From positions 209,328 through 273,327 of the forward strand of contig NMRA01000292.1 in the NCBI GenBank assembly GCA_002633005.1: a stretch of 64,000 bases of DNA, written 5' to 3'. This document shows positions 23,456 through 37,503 of the stretch, piece by piece (the first letter of the stretch is position 1; the number at the start of each line of letters is the position of its first letter). Under the pieces are notes generated by a model. It was not told the DNA's origin and did not search any database. It worked only from the letters and a program-made list of their open reading frames with translations. A program made the translations under genes and the position numbers. Source of the stretch: Phoronis australis (lineage: Eukaryota > Animalia > Phoronida).

Positions 23456-25211
23456 GCGGTGGCTACAGCAATGTAGTAAATGCAGCATTCAATCCTCTAC
23501 TGTGTTATGGAGCATACTTCATCGCCTGAAACCGTAGTCATATAACGACATTCAAGTTGTCCAAACGTGGCCCAGGGGAAGCAAACGACTTGGTGTTGCA
23601 CAGCGCGACACAGCGCCCCGTTTTCTTTAGTCTTCGTTGATTTTTTTTCAGTAAAAGGTCTGCATACCGAAAAATTCGAGCCCCCCCCTACATTTTAGGC
23701 TAGGTGCGCGCATGATCTGATACTATTAAAGAAAATAAAAACAGAAAAAGATACTTGAGAAACCCAATGCAAATGAATTTCGTGCACGCTGTACTTTGTT
23801 CATCTGCCAACAATGGCGTTTTTCCTCGTTCGTTCTCCGTTTATCGTTCATCTGCACTACAAGTGCCCGAAACCCAACCAATGTTTGTGGGACAAGACGG
23901 CAAACAATCGTGTATACATTCCCGCGACCTGATTCGCTAGAATTATTAGCTTCATTTACATATTCATTCAAACTTTCATTCCTCCCTTTTTTCCCAATGT
24001 TTTTGTTTTCAGCCCAGTGCTGTGGCTCTTTTATGAAAGTGTTGCTAGATTGACTCCCCACACGTATAGTTTACACACTAGCGGTTCCATGTATACACTT
24101 CGTTGTCGATGCGGTATCTGAACGTTTCTCGTTTTTTCCCTTTGTATGCGGCGCTGCCTCATTGTTTTGAAGTTCTTATTCTGCCCGAGTCTGAGCCGAG
24201 GGTGGTAATTACCACCTCCCCCCTCCCCCTAATACACCTACTGCTGCTACCCGTCTTCAAAAACGAGTGAGCTGTAAAAATCGAAACTTGTACATGAAAA
24301 TCATGTCTTTACAACATTTAATAAATAACAATAAAATTACAGTACAAAATATAAAATAACAAATACAAAGTCACTACTCAAGGTGATACATATGGGGATT
24401 TTTTCATAGTGGATTCAGCTAAAGAAATACTAGGTGATCAATCGTAAAAGGATACTTAACTCCATTTTGCTAACTTATTCAATGCAATTGTACTTTTTGT
24501 GCTTTCCCTGAGAATTAAAAGTGTTATTCTACTAAGAAACTTTTGAACTGTGTCATAAAGCCGGTCAAAGTGTTCGAGGTTAGCAGGCGGTTACTCCCTA
24601 CAACCAACGCAAACCTTGCTCAGAGCGTAGGACTTGCTCCACCGTTTGGCAGACTTTGAAAAGAGTTTCCAGTTGTTCCAGAGAAAGTGATCTGATCAGT
24701 TTACATCTATATACCCCATTAAAATAGGCTAAGATAAGTTTAAGTATCCCCTTAAGAAAGACCAGCATATGACTAGACTCACTTCTGTCAGTCAGTGCAG
24801 AATTGACTTTTACAAACATTTTCTACAAAACATCCTTCATTTTGACAAACAAATTACATGCGAAAATCATTTCTTCTTTTTACAATATAACGAACATTCT
24901 TTGTACAAGAGACAGAAATAATAAACTGACAAAACATCAAGATTACCCAATCAAGATGTATCACTTAAAATGTTTGATATTCCTTTGGTAATTTTGTCCA
25001 CTGGATCACAATTCGTTTTCAAAGAAACTGAATTTTCTCTTAAACAAGAGTTGAATGATGTCAATATACTATATAAAATAAACAGATTTTTTATTTCATT
25101 AACAGTACTGCAGGTTTTATCTGTTATTTTAAAGTCAGTATCCATACAATAACATCTATAGTGTAAATGTCTTAGATGTGATACCAATAATTTATTCAAT
25201 GGTTATGTTCA

Positions 25212-25838
25212 AAATCTCACCAATTTAGGACACAATACGCCGAACACGTAAATTATAGAAAAGTTTCTTCAATTTACAGCACAATTCGCTATTTGCATAC
25301 TTTGGTGGGGCTGAAAAAAAACGATTATTATGCATTGTTGTTTACAACACAACGCCTTGTTTTAGCATCAGATTTAACAACGCAAACCCGGGTGTGTTCT
25401 AAACATGCAGAACCATTGAAGCTTAAACACAACACCTCGTTTTCAAACATAATGGCATATTCGTGCAAGTAGTGAATAACACAGAACTGAAATTTCATTT
25501 GATGAAAAAACTTCAATGAAAAAAGAAATAAAACTTTATTACATTACCAGCACAATTTGTACAGATGTCATAAATGAATTTTGAGCATGTCTAACGATAC
25601 AGTGATTCACTGAAAAATGACTATTTTGGCAATTACTTTTATTTGAATTTCAGGAAACTTAACAGTACATTTTTCTTTGAAAATACACAGGACTTCATAA
25701 ATGGTTACTTTCAGCTCTAAACCATGCCACCATCAAACAATGCATTGAGAAACTGTGTGAATGTTAAAAGCCTTTCAAAAATGAAAAAAAAAAACAAATT
25801 TGGCAATTATTTTTGTCCAAAATTGGTGAGATTTTAGT
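25212..25838. mobile_element. Longer copy of MITE family C, in or just beyond the 3'UTR of the CUB-LDLa gene
   Basis: aaaatctcaccaatttaggaca at the left and tgtccaaaattggtgagatttt at the right are inverted repeats. Confidence 0.55.
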
Positions 25839-27663
25839 GCTGACACAGTAACAAAACAAAGGTCATTAGTGCATAATGGCCTCCAAACTTCGACTGCAGT
25901 AAGGGGGCAAAAAATTTAAATGCAATCCGGCAATATTTCGAGGTTGCCAAACAGCAACAGAGGTTGCCGAACCTCACTGGCCGAAGCCGGCCTAAAATAG
26001 AATATACAAGGTACTGAAGTGAGAAGACAGCAAACTCAGTAATAAAATGTTCATTGGGTTAGCTCCAATGACATTTTAGCTTGAACAGAAAATCACGAGT
26101 GCGTGCCCTACATTGACCAAATTTCCTTCTCAGACCCTATGTTCCGCGCACAGGCTCACTTCCTGAGGTGGATGAACACGATTGGGTCTCCGTGGCAACC
26201 TGAGATTTTTACCAGGTCGCCAAACAAAATCTGAGTTCGCAACGTCATTTTTAAACAGTAATTGCCTGCACACTAAGCTCAATGCTAATCTTAACATTCA
26301 CTCACTTTTTATACCTACCTAATTACAGCACACAGTGAAACAATCATTAATACACCTTAAACGTATTTCCCCAGAGGTGTTGTCACTAAACACCTAGTAT
26401 ACAGTACACATTCACACAGATTTCTTTGGTATAACCAGTAATCTTTGGACTAAATTGCACACTAAATAAGCACATCTGTATCTCTGTACATTAAAACAAT
26501 TCCAAAAGTGGAAAAGCCAGCATGGTAGACTAATTGTTCACTAGGTGGAGAAACAGTCATCTTTGTAATATTGAAACAAAGTGAGACCAGAAAGCAAGGG
26601 GGCATTCACGGGATAATAGATCCATCTGACTACCTGTCAGTTAATGCATGCCTCAAGGTAATGCATTGGATTTCTGATGACGTGCGCCACTAAAAATCAG
26701 AATACCTAATCTTTTAGAGCCGGAAAGATGAACCCTCAACTATTTTGAGAATAAGCTGACCTGAACTGAAGCAACCCAGTCACAGGCACTTGTAGTGAGT
26801 TTGGAGTGAAAAAGTCATCACTTATGATGAGAATTTTTACACATAAGGCCAGTCTTAAAAATACCTTTTTTTGTCCTCAACCGACCCTACTTTTAACATC
26901 TGGGTAGGTAGGTAGGCAAAAAAAAATTATACAAAAACAACTACGTCGCCAGTAAGGACTCATTCCTGGGCTGTGTCAATCAAGCAAAAGTGGGAAATTG
27001 ATTACAGCATTTTATGTAGAGTAGTAACTAAAAAGCCAGAGGAATTTTATCAATAAAATTTTCCGGGTCACCAGGTTTTTAGTGAGTCGGTCTGGTAAGG
27101 ACAAATGAATTTATTTCTCATTTAGGGCTAAGACAATCCTTTTGAAAGGATTTTAAATCCTGCTGTATGTTTAGTTATATAATTAAAATTGAATAATCAA
27201 CCCACAGTACTCTTGCCAACCCAAAAACCACAAAACTTTTCCACCCAGTTCTGTTGGAAAAGCGACCCATTCTTAGAGTTCCAACACCAAAAGCGAGTCC
27301 TCTTGTAGGTAACTAAATTGAAAAAGGAGCATCTATGTAGGATATGATGTAGGGAAAAAGTCACCCATTTGAGCGGCACATCCAACACAAGTCATCTGTC
27401 TCACTTCCCCTCAGTTAGGAATGCATGCATCATTCAGAAATGACTGTTGTTTCATTAGGCCACCAAATGATTGTTGAACACCTCATTGCTTATAAGATAA
27501 AAGGTAGTATGGTATCAGAGAACATTATTAAAACATGATTATGTACAGTAACCTTGCACAACCTTGAAAACATTCAACAAGACAGATCCTCGGGTAAAAA
27601 TAACAATAAATACAATATAATAATAATAATGATAGCAGTACAAAAATGATATCACATTATTGC

Positions 27664-27998
27664 TCATAAATGCACCGGAAAACCGACCTTCTCTGGGTTG
27701 CTGTGATATGTGACGTCACTCTTCGAATTCCCCGACTTACTGCTAGTCGGCGTTAGCGAACGCGTCGGACGCGTGTGCATGGGCTGTGACGTTGGAGTGT
27801 ACCCACTACTTTGTAAAGAGTGAGGGGGTAATGAAGAGTATGCACTGGATTGTGAATAGGATTCTCTGTCCCTTATCATGGGTGCATAGCCTGGCTGTTG
27901 AGTGTATGCCGGGTGAGGCTGGGTGACTGGGTAGTAGTTGGTGCCAGCAGGATACATCTGGAGATGAGGTACAGCGGGTGGCATAACTCCTGTATGAC
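27664..27998 (-). CDS. CUB-LDLa-TM protein, terminal exon (Pro/Tyr/Ser-rich cytoplasmic tail)
   Basis: Acceptor cttgcag|GT, phase 1. Translation GHTGVMPPAVPHLQMYP...NPEKVGFPVHL*. Confidence 0.9.
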
Positions 27999-28772
27999 CT
28001 GCAAGGAAATGTTATACAAAATCAGCTAAAGCGGAAATCTTTTATTTCAATTTGAGAGCAATGAGTTGAATAAGTTTTAAAGTAATAGAGTATTAACGAC
28101 AGTTTAAGACATTTTTACATAATTTAAAAATTTTCTATTTCTAAATGGTGCTAAACCATATCCTGTTCAATTCAACCAACTATCTTCTGTCCGCTGCTAA
28201 CGCATTATCGATATCCCACTTGAGTGATAAAACCAGGATTTAAGTGTGGTTCTTGAGTGGTCTTTCCCAATATTTGTGGTATAGCTAGCTTATAGCGTAA
28301 TTAGCTTGCTCGCTTAGCAGATTTTGAAATGAGTTTTCAACTTTTGCTCCAAACTTTGGAAGATTGTTGAGTGCTACAGAGCATTATTTTGTTTCAGAGA
28401 GCTGGATAGGAAAGTCATTTTTAATATCTGTTCGCAGGTAAAAATGAGGGTTTGGTATCCTATTAATTAGATTACATTACATCTATTCAACTGAAAAAGC
28501 AAGCCAAGAAATGACATTTAGCTTTCATAGGGAAAATGAAAGTAAAGTCTTAGTTGTAGTGTTTTTATTTTCCAGTTGATAACTGGACATAATTACACCA
28601 ACTTATTAGCTCATGCACGACATCTACCGAGAATGACAATAATAACACATTTATGACTACCAATATAAAAATATAAGAATGGAACAATATATGAAAGATG
28701 CACATATTAGTTCTTTTTTATTATAATACTATCTGTCACGTGCCTGCTACAAAGCAGATTGTACGAACACAC

Positions 28773-28985
28773 CTATGTTTTGGTTCATGTTGAACTGATC
28801 AGCTCCAAGGTTATTCGTCTGCGGTGGTCCGGTCGTAATGTTTGGGTCATCTTCTTTCTTTTTCGCACACCTCCGACAAAGACATATTGTGCAAACGATG
28901 CACACTATAACAACGACCACACTACCCGCTACTATGCCAACGGCTGCAGCCACGCCCATTGACATCAGCTTGCTCCAGAGATCGC
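28773..28985 (-). CDS. CUB-LDLa-TM protein, transmembrane exon
   Basis: Acceptor ttctcag|GC, donor G|gtgtgt, 213 bp, phase 1-1. Translation GDLWSKLMSMGVAAAVGIVAGSVVVVIVCIVCTICLCRRCAKKK... gives a TM helix followed by a Cys/basic stop-transfer segment. Confidence 0.9.
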
Positions 28986-30212
28986 CTGAGAAAATATGAC
29001 AGACAACAAATTAAAATTTCTGTCTTTGACTCATCAAGTCTCCAATTCATGAAAATTTTGTTAAAGTTGGAGTTACAAAAATGCCTCGTTTCTTAAAAAA
29101 CTTCGATTCCAGGCTTCATGATTCTCTGTTGGCTGGTCAAGTCCCACTTTCGTAGAATTGAATAATTCAGCGCTCGACGCTTGGCTCAACACCAAGTTGC
29201 ATTCGGCTACTTGGCAAAAATCCCAGGTTGCCAAACATAATCTGAGGTCGCCAGCACGGTATCTTACAGCTGTCTACTCATAGACAGCTCTAAGTCTGAG
29301 GTAAAGTCACAGTTGTGAATGTCCAAAATTATTTCAAAACATTGTCAAATGACAGCTATGGTAAAAAACTTTAAAATAGTATCATCCTTTATAAGAAAAA
29401 CTTCATTTTTCCACCATACTACGTTCTAAATTGGTGAGACTTCAAAGTTACTGTAATTGTCTCACACCCAGTACAGCGCACACTGCCTCACATTAATTTA
29501 ATACGATTGACTTTCATCTGCAAATGACCTGTGTAGTATTATTGTCATGTGAGAAACACGGGTGGATGAGGTACAGTTTAAGTCCATTCTCCACAGCACA
29601 ACATGTCAGAAGTCATGCTCCTTTCCTTAACTATTCCTAGTCCTTAATGTAGAACTTTCTGAATTACCTTGTGAATCAAAACGGTTATTGTAACCACTGC
29701 ATATGGTAGGTACTCCACAATCAACCATAAATACAAAACACAAGATCGATCAAAACAAACATTTTGCATTATCTGGTTTACTTTGCTTGATTATTGCATT
29801 GATCTTAAAAATGAAACAAATGTTCACATTCAGCACATGCCATGTATAAATCACAACAGCCAAAAATAAGTTCATAACTAAAATCTAGTCAATCACTACA
29901 TCAAAATTAATTACCAAAGACGCCTTTACCGCCCTCATCAGTTGAGTCAACATCTAAACAAATTGTAAACACACAGTTACACACAAAAACAAAAAAGTGC
30001 CGCTCACTTCAAAACAACTATACGAAAACATGCTTCAAGACACACAACCCCTTGTAACTAACATTTGATGTCAGTGACAGATTTAATCTTCATGGAGTTT
30101 AGAACCAAATAGACTTTGTTCACTATTTGGTATTTGGTGGATTGGAACAAAAACAAAATCAATCACAAAAACGTCTGGTATTTAACTACATCATTTTTTG
30201 GCCATAGTAAGA

Positions 30213-30418
30213 TTAAAAAACAGACAATCGCCGCACAAATAAAAACGTTCATGTTCATTCAATGTTTCATCTATTCATAAGAGATCACCAGGAAAATATA
30301 TACAATATGACAGCAAGTGTCAAAAACCAGTCTCGCCACATCCATGTAGTGAAAGGATAGTAGCAAGAGATACTACAGGACACTTTTTTGTTTGTGCGGC
30401 GATTGTCCGTTTTTTATG
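30213..30418. mobile_element. Intronic MITE with ~30-bp inverted arms
   Basis: aaaaaacagacaatcgccgcacaaa pairs with tttgtgcggcgattgtccgtttttt. Confidence 0.7.
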
Positions 30419-31534
30419 TAGTATTTATCTACAATATGTAACTAATAACTGAGTCATTTGAAGAAATAAAAATATGATTAAAAACAGTAAATACACCTCT
30501 AAATATAATATTGAAAATGCTGTGAGGTCTACTGAAAATGGACAAATTGAAGTGCATAACAAACTAATACGCACATTTCTGTAAGAGCGACTATGACATT
30601 GACAGTTTTGTAGAGTGCTCTCAATTGCATAACCTGTGCGAGTGACATACATATAGACACACCAAAGACAACCACTAATTAACAAGTGGACATATACAGG
30701 CCATTATGACATACAAAATGAACTAATAAAATCATTAAAGGCTTATGAGCCAAGTTTGAATATATCTTACACACAGACACATTGGAATCTTGTGGTTATG
30801 TAGGATACTAGAGAAATGCTAAAAGCAGGCCAACTTCAGAATGCCACATTTAATAAACGGGTCATTGGACTCGTATCAAACTTCCGGATACTATGCTTCA
30901 GGAACTGTTCTCCAAATCGTTTAATTTTTTTTGTTGGTCTATGAGATCTCAGTCCAAATTCAGTAAAACTCAGAAACCAGTTTTATAACCTGTAATACTG
31001 GCACAGCCGCATGGTATTCAGTTTTATGAATGCCGCACTGCGCTGGCAGATTTCAATGGAAAGTATGGTAACATAACCAAGAAAAGAAAAGAACAAATCT
31101 CATTTTTGGTTTAATTTCTTACAATCTGTGAGAAAATTGTATACGAAGCGACAACCCTTAAAATACATTTTTTTTCAATTTGACAGAGCCAAATGATGTA
31201 AAAATGCAGCCTTGGACAAATACTGCCATGTTCTTAAAGAAAGTCAGATTGTCTGATGGGACCCTCTATTGTCAAAGCTGAAAACTAGATGATCCCCCAG
31301 AAGAAAGAAACAAGTACGACAGGGGGTTTGAGTAAACAACAAGGAAAACATAATTATGAGCCTTAGATATCACTTTCAAAGTAAATCTTTAAATCTACAA
31401 ATCTTTCATAGATTTGAAAAGAGTAAGGACATCCAGATAGCGAGAATTTCCTTTCCTTACAACTGAACGTTCAAACTTGGCTCAGATGCAATTAACACAA
31501 AAAACCCAAAATCTCACAATGCGCAAGTGCTCAC

Positions 31535-31726
31535 CTTCCTCAGTGGGCAGATCATCAGGTCTTTGAGTGGGATTGACATCACTGGCGCCCTCTGTGGTGA
31601 TTTGGCCACATGTCTCGTCTGAGCCATCACTGCAGTGTTTCACATTATCACATACGAGATCAATGTCTATACACTTCCTGTTACCACACTGGAAGTTGCC
31701 ACCGCAGTTTCCATACTTACGGTAAT
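31535..31726 (-). CDS. CUB-LDLa-TM protein, LDL-receptor class A exon plus stalk
   Basis: Acceptor ctttcag|AT, donor G|gtgagc, 192 bp, phase 1-1. CGGNFQCGNRKCIDIDLVCDNVKHCSDGSDETC has six Cys and the DxSDE motif. Confidence 0.92.
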
Positions 31727-32712
31727 CTGAAAGAAAATTCGCAGTCGGTGTTGACCATTCGTTTACGACAGAAATGACTTTGACGGCCCGTTCAGATGTC
31801 ATGTCAGCCACTTAAAGGTTATGTAGCGCCTTCTCAACATGCCTGTACTTAGACAAATATCTACACATTACACATTTTAACTTAATAAACGAGTATATAT
31901 TTTCCGTAAGTGCTAAACTTGTAGAATACAATTTTTAACTATTTAACAAACTTTCATTAATTGGGTCACATGACTATGAATTCTGGGTAAAATTTAGCAA
32001 AAAAGAACATCACATTGATAGCAAAACAACGGCATCAATGACAAGACCAAATCTCATTTGCTAGAAAAGTTGAAACCTTAAAAATGCCACTTAAGCTTTT
32101 TAAATTATTATTTCATTTTATAAAACCTTTGATTTTTTCAAAAAACTCAAAAAAGTTTTTATAGCACATCTGCGGAAGTGAAGCATTTTAAAAACAAATT
32201 TCCAAAAGCATATTGGAGAGCGGTGCGTAAAGCATGATATTCCTAGGTTAACCAATTTTGGAATTTTTCTAAGGTCCTAAGTAAGGAGTGTTCAGAAAGG
32301 CTTCCTATCTGCTCTCATCAATTACTTCAAAATATCAATGTAATGGCCAATCGTGTGTAATCATCAAAGTCAGACACAAGTCAAACCATGTCATGTCGTC
32401 AGAACATTTCTAAAAGGACTGATTAGATATCTGATGTGTCTTTTGATCGGGCAGATATTTAAATTGTGTATATTTATTCCTACACAGGAATTGTGGGAAA
32501 TGGTCAACTCAAAAGGCCACACACACACACAAAACAATGCTATTTTAAATCATAAGAATGTAAACAAGTAAAAATTTTGTGTGCACTAATGGTTTCTGCC
32601 TTCCTCTATAGGTGGCAGTGCCTATCCAAGTCCCAGCACTTATGATTCATGACTGATATTACTAGATACTTGAGTTTCCAGAGAAGAACTTTGCACTGTC
32701 ATTGAAACAAAC

Positions 32713-32774
32713 CTTCACTGTATGCAGTCACTATCAGCTTAAAGCCTGTACCCACAGGTCCGTGTCGATCTGAC
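32713..32774 (-). CDS. CUB-LDLa-TM protein, CUB C-terminal exon (not in the ORF track)
   Basis: Acceptor ttgcag|G, donor G|gtttgt, 62 bp, phase 2-1. Translation SDRHGPVGTGFKLIVTAYSE matches the CUB 'SD....GF.L..' ending. Confidence 0.88.
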
Positions 32775-35700
32775 CTGCAAACAGAATAAGTACATAGTAA
32801 CAATTCTGCATTTTGGGACAATAAAAAAGTTGCTCAAGATCTGAGCTTGCACCAAATTTTAGAAATATGCAATATTGGTCGTCCAAAAGTCATAATTCTT
32901 ACCACCTTCCGGGGCACAACATTGTAGACATTTTATTTTCTCATTTTTCACAGATTAGGCATGTAGCATGCTCAAGTTTGTATCTGGAGTTACCATGACA
33001 ACATTTTGAAATGAGTGGGCATTAACAACACCTTGAAAATTTTAAAAATGGATATTTGACAATCACTTTCATTTAAAATTGGCGAGAATTTACCCTAACA
33101 GGAGTGTGGAGCAAACAAACATGCCTCCATAAGCTTTTGGTTATCTTTTTAGCAGCAATATCCGTTCATCATTAGCTGAGATAATCCTCTCAGAAAATTG
33201 AAGACATAAAGGAACATTATATGAATCAGATATCTCGATTACGTAATATATTCTGCTCCATCTGTCATAGAGAGACAGTCATCAAGGTGAATCAATACTC
33301 AGCTAATAGTGCAACAATGTGAGAATGGCAATTTTCAAAAGTAAGATGTTATCATAATTAGCAAGTAGGATACACTCCTTGTTAGTTCTACTTTATTATA
33401 AGGAAGGCCCAGCTACCGTTTTGGAAGGGAAAATGTTCACATAGCCAGTCTAAATACAGTACAGTAGTGTTATTTTTCTTTGTTGTCATTTTTGTCATGG
33501 ACCGGGGCCTCCAAGACCACCTAAAAATCTGCCTAAGATGTGCCCTTACTGATACGCCCATCCTGGACTAAGGTCTCCTCTTAAAAAATGCACTGCACGA
33601 ATGAATTACTTTCCAAAACATCACATCCAGCGCTGATATTTGCGTTGGGGGAAAGGGGAGAAAGGCAGAGTATTAGCCACGATTTTGCTCGTCAGACATT
33701 CGCACCCCCAAACTGCCAAATGAAATCCGCCACTGCATTTACATGTAAAGAAGTAGGACAAACACTTGACATGTGTTGCACTGTGGGTAAATGCCGTAGA
33801 ATGAGAGTGGTGTTGTGCTACTTTAGGACAGACCTATTGAAATGCCATGAATTTTCAGTTCTACTAAGAGAAACTGGTTAACCAAAAAGCATCTCAATGC
33901 AATGTCGATTAACACTGAATAATAATGGAGAAGTTGCATTGTCAACAATTTTGAGAAACTCCATAAAGATTTTTTATGGCTTCTGAATAGTCATAGTGAT
34001 GGTAAAATCAATGAAGTGGCTATTCTTTCTCGAATATTGTTTTATGACAAATGAAACTACTGGTGATTAAAAAGGCCAGACTTTAATTTCCTCCTGTCAA
34101 ATCAGATACGATTAAAACAGGAACATGTCAACGAATCGATTAGTCACAGGAGAACATTGACTGCAGCATACAGCATATCAAATTCAAAATTATTTGAATT
34201 ATAGCTAAGCTTTCTTTCCAATATCTAGTAGTTTCGCCTACGCTTTTTTAAAAGCTAAAGCTAACGTATCTGTTTAAGTTGAATCCAAGTTTCCTCACAA
34301 GCATTCTCCGATACCTACACTATTGCATTTTATTTTTTTCGCCTAAAACGTATTAAGCCCCTCTAAAACCCTTGTTTAGGGAATGATTTCAAAACCTGGA
34401 ACCATCATGTAGACACCCATTTCAGGATGCAGCAACCAAAAGTTCGATATACTGTTGGGTTGCAAACATTTTACAATTGCCTCAAAACATACTGTCTTTC
34501 CTACATTGAGTCTTAGGGACTGATTTCGTACTCCAAAGTTTTGCAAAAAACAAAATTTTAAAATCAACAAAACATCAGAGCCAAGGATCGCACTATGGAT
34601 TAGCTCAAATTAGTTCATTCCAAAACAAGTTACACAGATTACAGCCTACAAGCAGCTTGTCAAAATATTTGTCTAAGAAAAACAAGTTTCCTTTTAAAAT
34701 CTCCTGTCACAGGAGTAAAAACATCCGGGAGAATTGTAGCTGGCAACCAGTTACAGTATTCTGTGAGAAAGACATGGACAGTCAGGCCCTGAAGCATTTG
34801 GACTTGTTAAATCACTGGTCAATATTAAAAGCACATTTCATGAAACCTATCAGCTCATAAAAGCAGTTTCATATTCTACGTTATTAACAACGGAATTCAA
34901 TTTTTGTACCAAAAAAACTTTTAAAAACCGGTTTACAAGGTAGTCATTTCACCACATTTGTTTTATAATGCAAACCACGGCCTCACGAAAACAAGTCAGT
35001 GACACAACAGTCAGTGAGGGTTTCAAAGTGTTCCAAGCTAATCACAGCCAATGGGTCACAGTGTTGTACCCTACAGCCCCTTCATGGCCCTGGCTGTCAG
35101 CTATTGCTCAAAAGAGCTAAAATGGCTCCTTTTCGTTTAGGCTACTTTTCTGCAAAAGTACCCCCCCCCCTCTGTTAATTAAGCTAACTTTTCATTTAAA
35201 CCCGTAACCATTTAACTAAACTGTTTCGTATTCAGATGAAAACCGATTCTGAGCTTGAAAAGAATTGGAAATTCCTTCTTTCCATGTGCTTGGTGCACAA
35301 TACGACCTGCCCTGACAAGCTAACTTGTCAAGCAAGGTCTAAAGCAAAAATGAACTGCTAGATTTTCCATCCATTAATAAACATGGCCTACCTGTGTATA
35401 CAGTTTCAGGCATATTATGGTTTGAAATTCAGATGTTCAAGAATTCTTATCAAAGGGTTAGGTTTAAGGAGTTAGCCCCCTACTAAAGGATTTCAGGAAC
35501 AAAACCTTTAGAAAGGGTGACTTTATGGAAGCTCCATGCAACTTCAAGTCCATGTTCTACTGGGTAGGTTTCTAAAAATTTCAAGCTGCAACCCTCAACA
35601 AAAGTATAGTCAAGCAACCCCTTCAGGCATTTTATAGTATTGAACACTTTCTCTAATATGTGCCTGAGGATATATTTAGAGATTCTCATTGTATACATCC

Positions 35701-36658
35701 ATTGAGAGTACATTTGACTGGGCTTGCATACATAAATCCTTGGTAACAGAATCTTTATGTCCATGTGACCTTGGTAACCTTAACACCTGCTTCCATCACA
35801 TACCTGAAACATGCAGGTGATTTCCCTCTCTAATTACCACAAGTAAACATTGGATTTGCCAGGGCAATCTATGGGCTATTGACGTAATGACTGTAATGGC
35901 TCTCAGAAGTGTGAGTTATGGACAAGTGTTGCATCAATAAGTAAGCTTGAACATTGGTCAGTCCCATCTTGTGTGATTGACACTGCATGTTTTTGATTGA
36001 CACTGTTTGAGAACTGTGTAGATGATTTTGCCTGATTGACACTGACACCAGATGGAGCCTTCGTAAAGTACTTTTATACCATAATGAACAGTAAAAACTG
36101 TATAACTGGAAGTGGACGATTATTAACCAGAAATAAAAGAATTTTATCTGCTCAAAATGTTAAACAACTTACCTTCACTGTCAAACAATCTTATTTTTAA
36201 TTTAAACCACTTACTGCTTCAAAACTCCTCTTAACATGTTCTTTACTTTGAAATTCCTGGACGTTGAAAGAACAGAACTTAGTTATGACGATTCAGTCTA
36301 TTCTCAATCAATAACAAATTGTCATGCAGCTCATCCCAAGCCAAAAAATCACTTCCAAGAGACCAGCTATACATTCAAAATGGTCTAACTCATTTTTTGA
36401 CGGGAACCTGTCTATAGCTACGAGGTTTATTTCAAAAGAATAGTATTGTCAATGTACTAGAGTTAAATCTTGGAATAGGGGCACGTTCATAAACATATGT
36501 ACTTGCAAGGCACTTTTGGCAAGAAACGTTTCCTCATGGAAAAGGAATAAAGAATTCTATCCCAAAATGCAACATTCCAGCCTCGCTTATCACTAGTATA
36601 CGTGGGTACGGTTATGAATGTACTTGCAAGATTTTAGGTAATACTGAACTAGTCACTT

Positions 36659-36748
36659 ACAGGGGACCCTGGATTAAGAGAACCAGTTTTCTCAGGCTCC
36701 ACTGAATGATGAGCATCAAACTGGTTCTCAAAATCCAGAGCCCCTGTA
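36659..36748. mobile_element. MITE family A copy
   Basis: tacaggggaccctggatt..gagaaccagttt...aaactggttctc..aatccagagcccctgta. Confidence 0.7.
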
Positions 36749-37279
36749 AGTGTCTGTTGCCTAATTTTGTGTGGCCTTGAATGATTTTACTGCTTCGTGT
36801 CTTGCGTGAACAGAATGCACCCATGTGTTCAAATTGATGCATACTAACATTGTGTGTGAACATATAAATTTACAAAAATATGCAATTGAGGTCAAAACCA
36901 AAACCACATTCATACCTTGTTACCAGTTCTAAGAAAATACAAATGATTTCAAGCTGTGTTTTGCCCAATTTAGTTACACATAATTTTGAGTTACTAACCA
37001 AAGAGCCAAAATCAATACCTGATTTGAGACGTACTTGAGGAAAATGATCATTGCGAAGTCACAAGACTGACCTATTTTTTAATGGAAGTTCCTGTGTCCC
37101 ATTTTCAAATTTCATAATTGGTGAACGTCAACAAAATAAAAAAAAAAATCCAATGCTTTTATTGATGGGGGGGGGGGGGGGAAAAAAANAATGTTCTCTT
37201 GGTGAATTAAACAATTCCTATCATCGGAAGAAAATTTTTGAGACTAATTTCTTAACTTTGAGTAAAATTATATTAATAA

Positions 37280-37503
37280 TTGCAGGCGGTCTGATACACG
37301 TTGTACCAGGCGAGCACAGGCCTCGAATGTGGGCCCATTGCACTGATCACCTGGAAATATTTTTATGCTTTATTAATATATGGTTAAAACAGAGCTGAGG
37401 AGCTAGAAACCTGGCTCAAGGGTTTAGCAGTGTCACCTGGTGGGACTAGAACCCACGACCTCGAGTAAAGAAAGCGGGCGCTTATCAACCAGGCCACACT
37501 ACC
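37280..37503 (-). mobile_element. tRNA-derived SINE with CORE-like segment
   Basis: Minus strand reads GGTAGTGTGGCCTGGTTGATAAGCG (A box) ... GTGGGTTCTAGTCCCACC (B box/T arm), then CCCTTGAGCCAGG, similar to the CORE-SINE 'ccttgggcaag' motif. 3' boundary approximate. Confidence 0.65.

Noticed and set aside
37394-37412. Hammerhead ribozyme core (ctgagga...gaaac), plus other CTGANGA hits checked because a PLE is present
   Set aside because: No valid stem II or flanking stems found; this hit lies inside a SINE.
37430-37503. tRNA gene
   Set aside because: A and B boxes are present, but I could not establish a canonical cloverleaf, there is no poly-T terminator and a CORE-like body follows; treated as a SINE.
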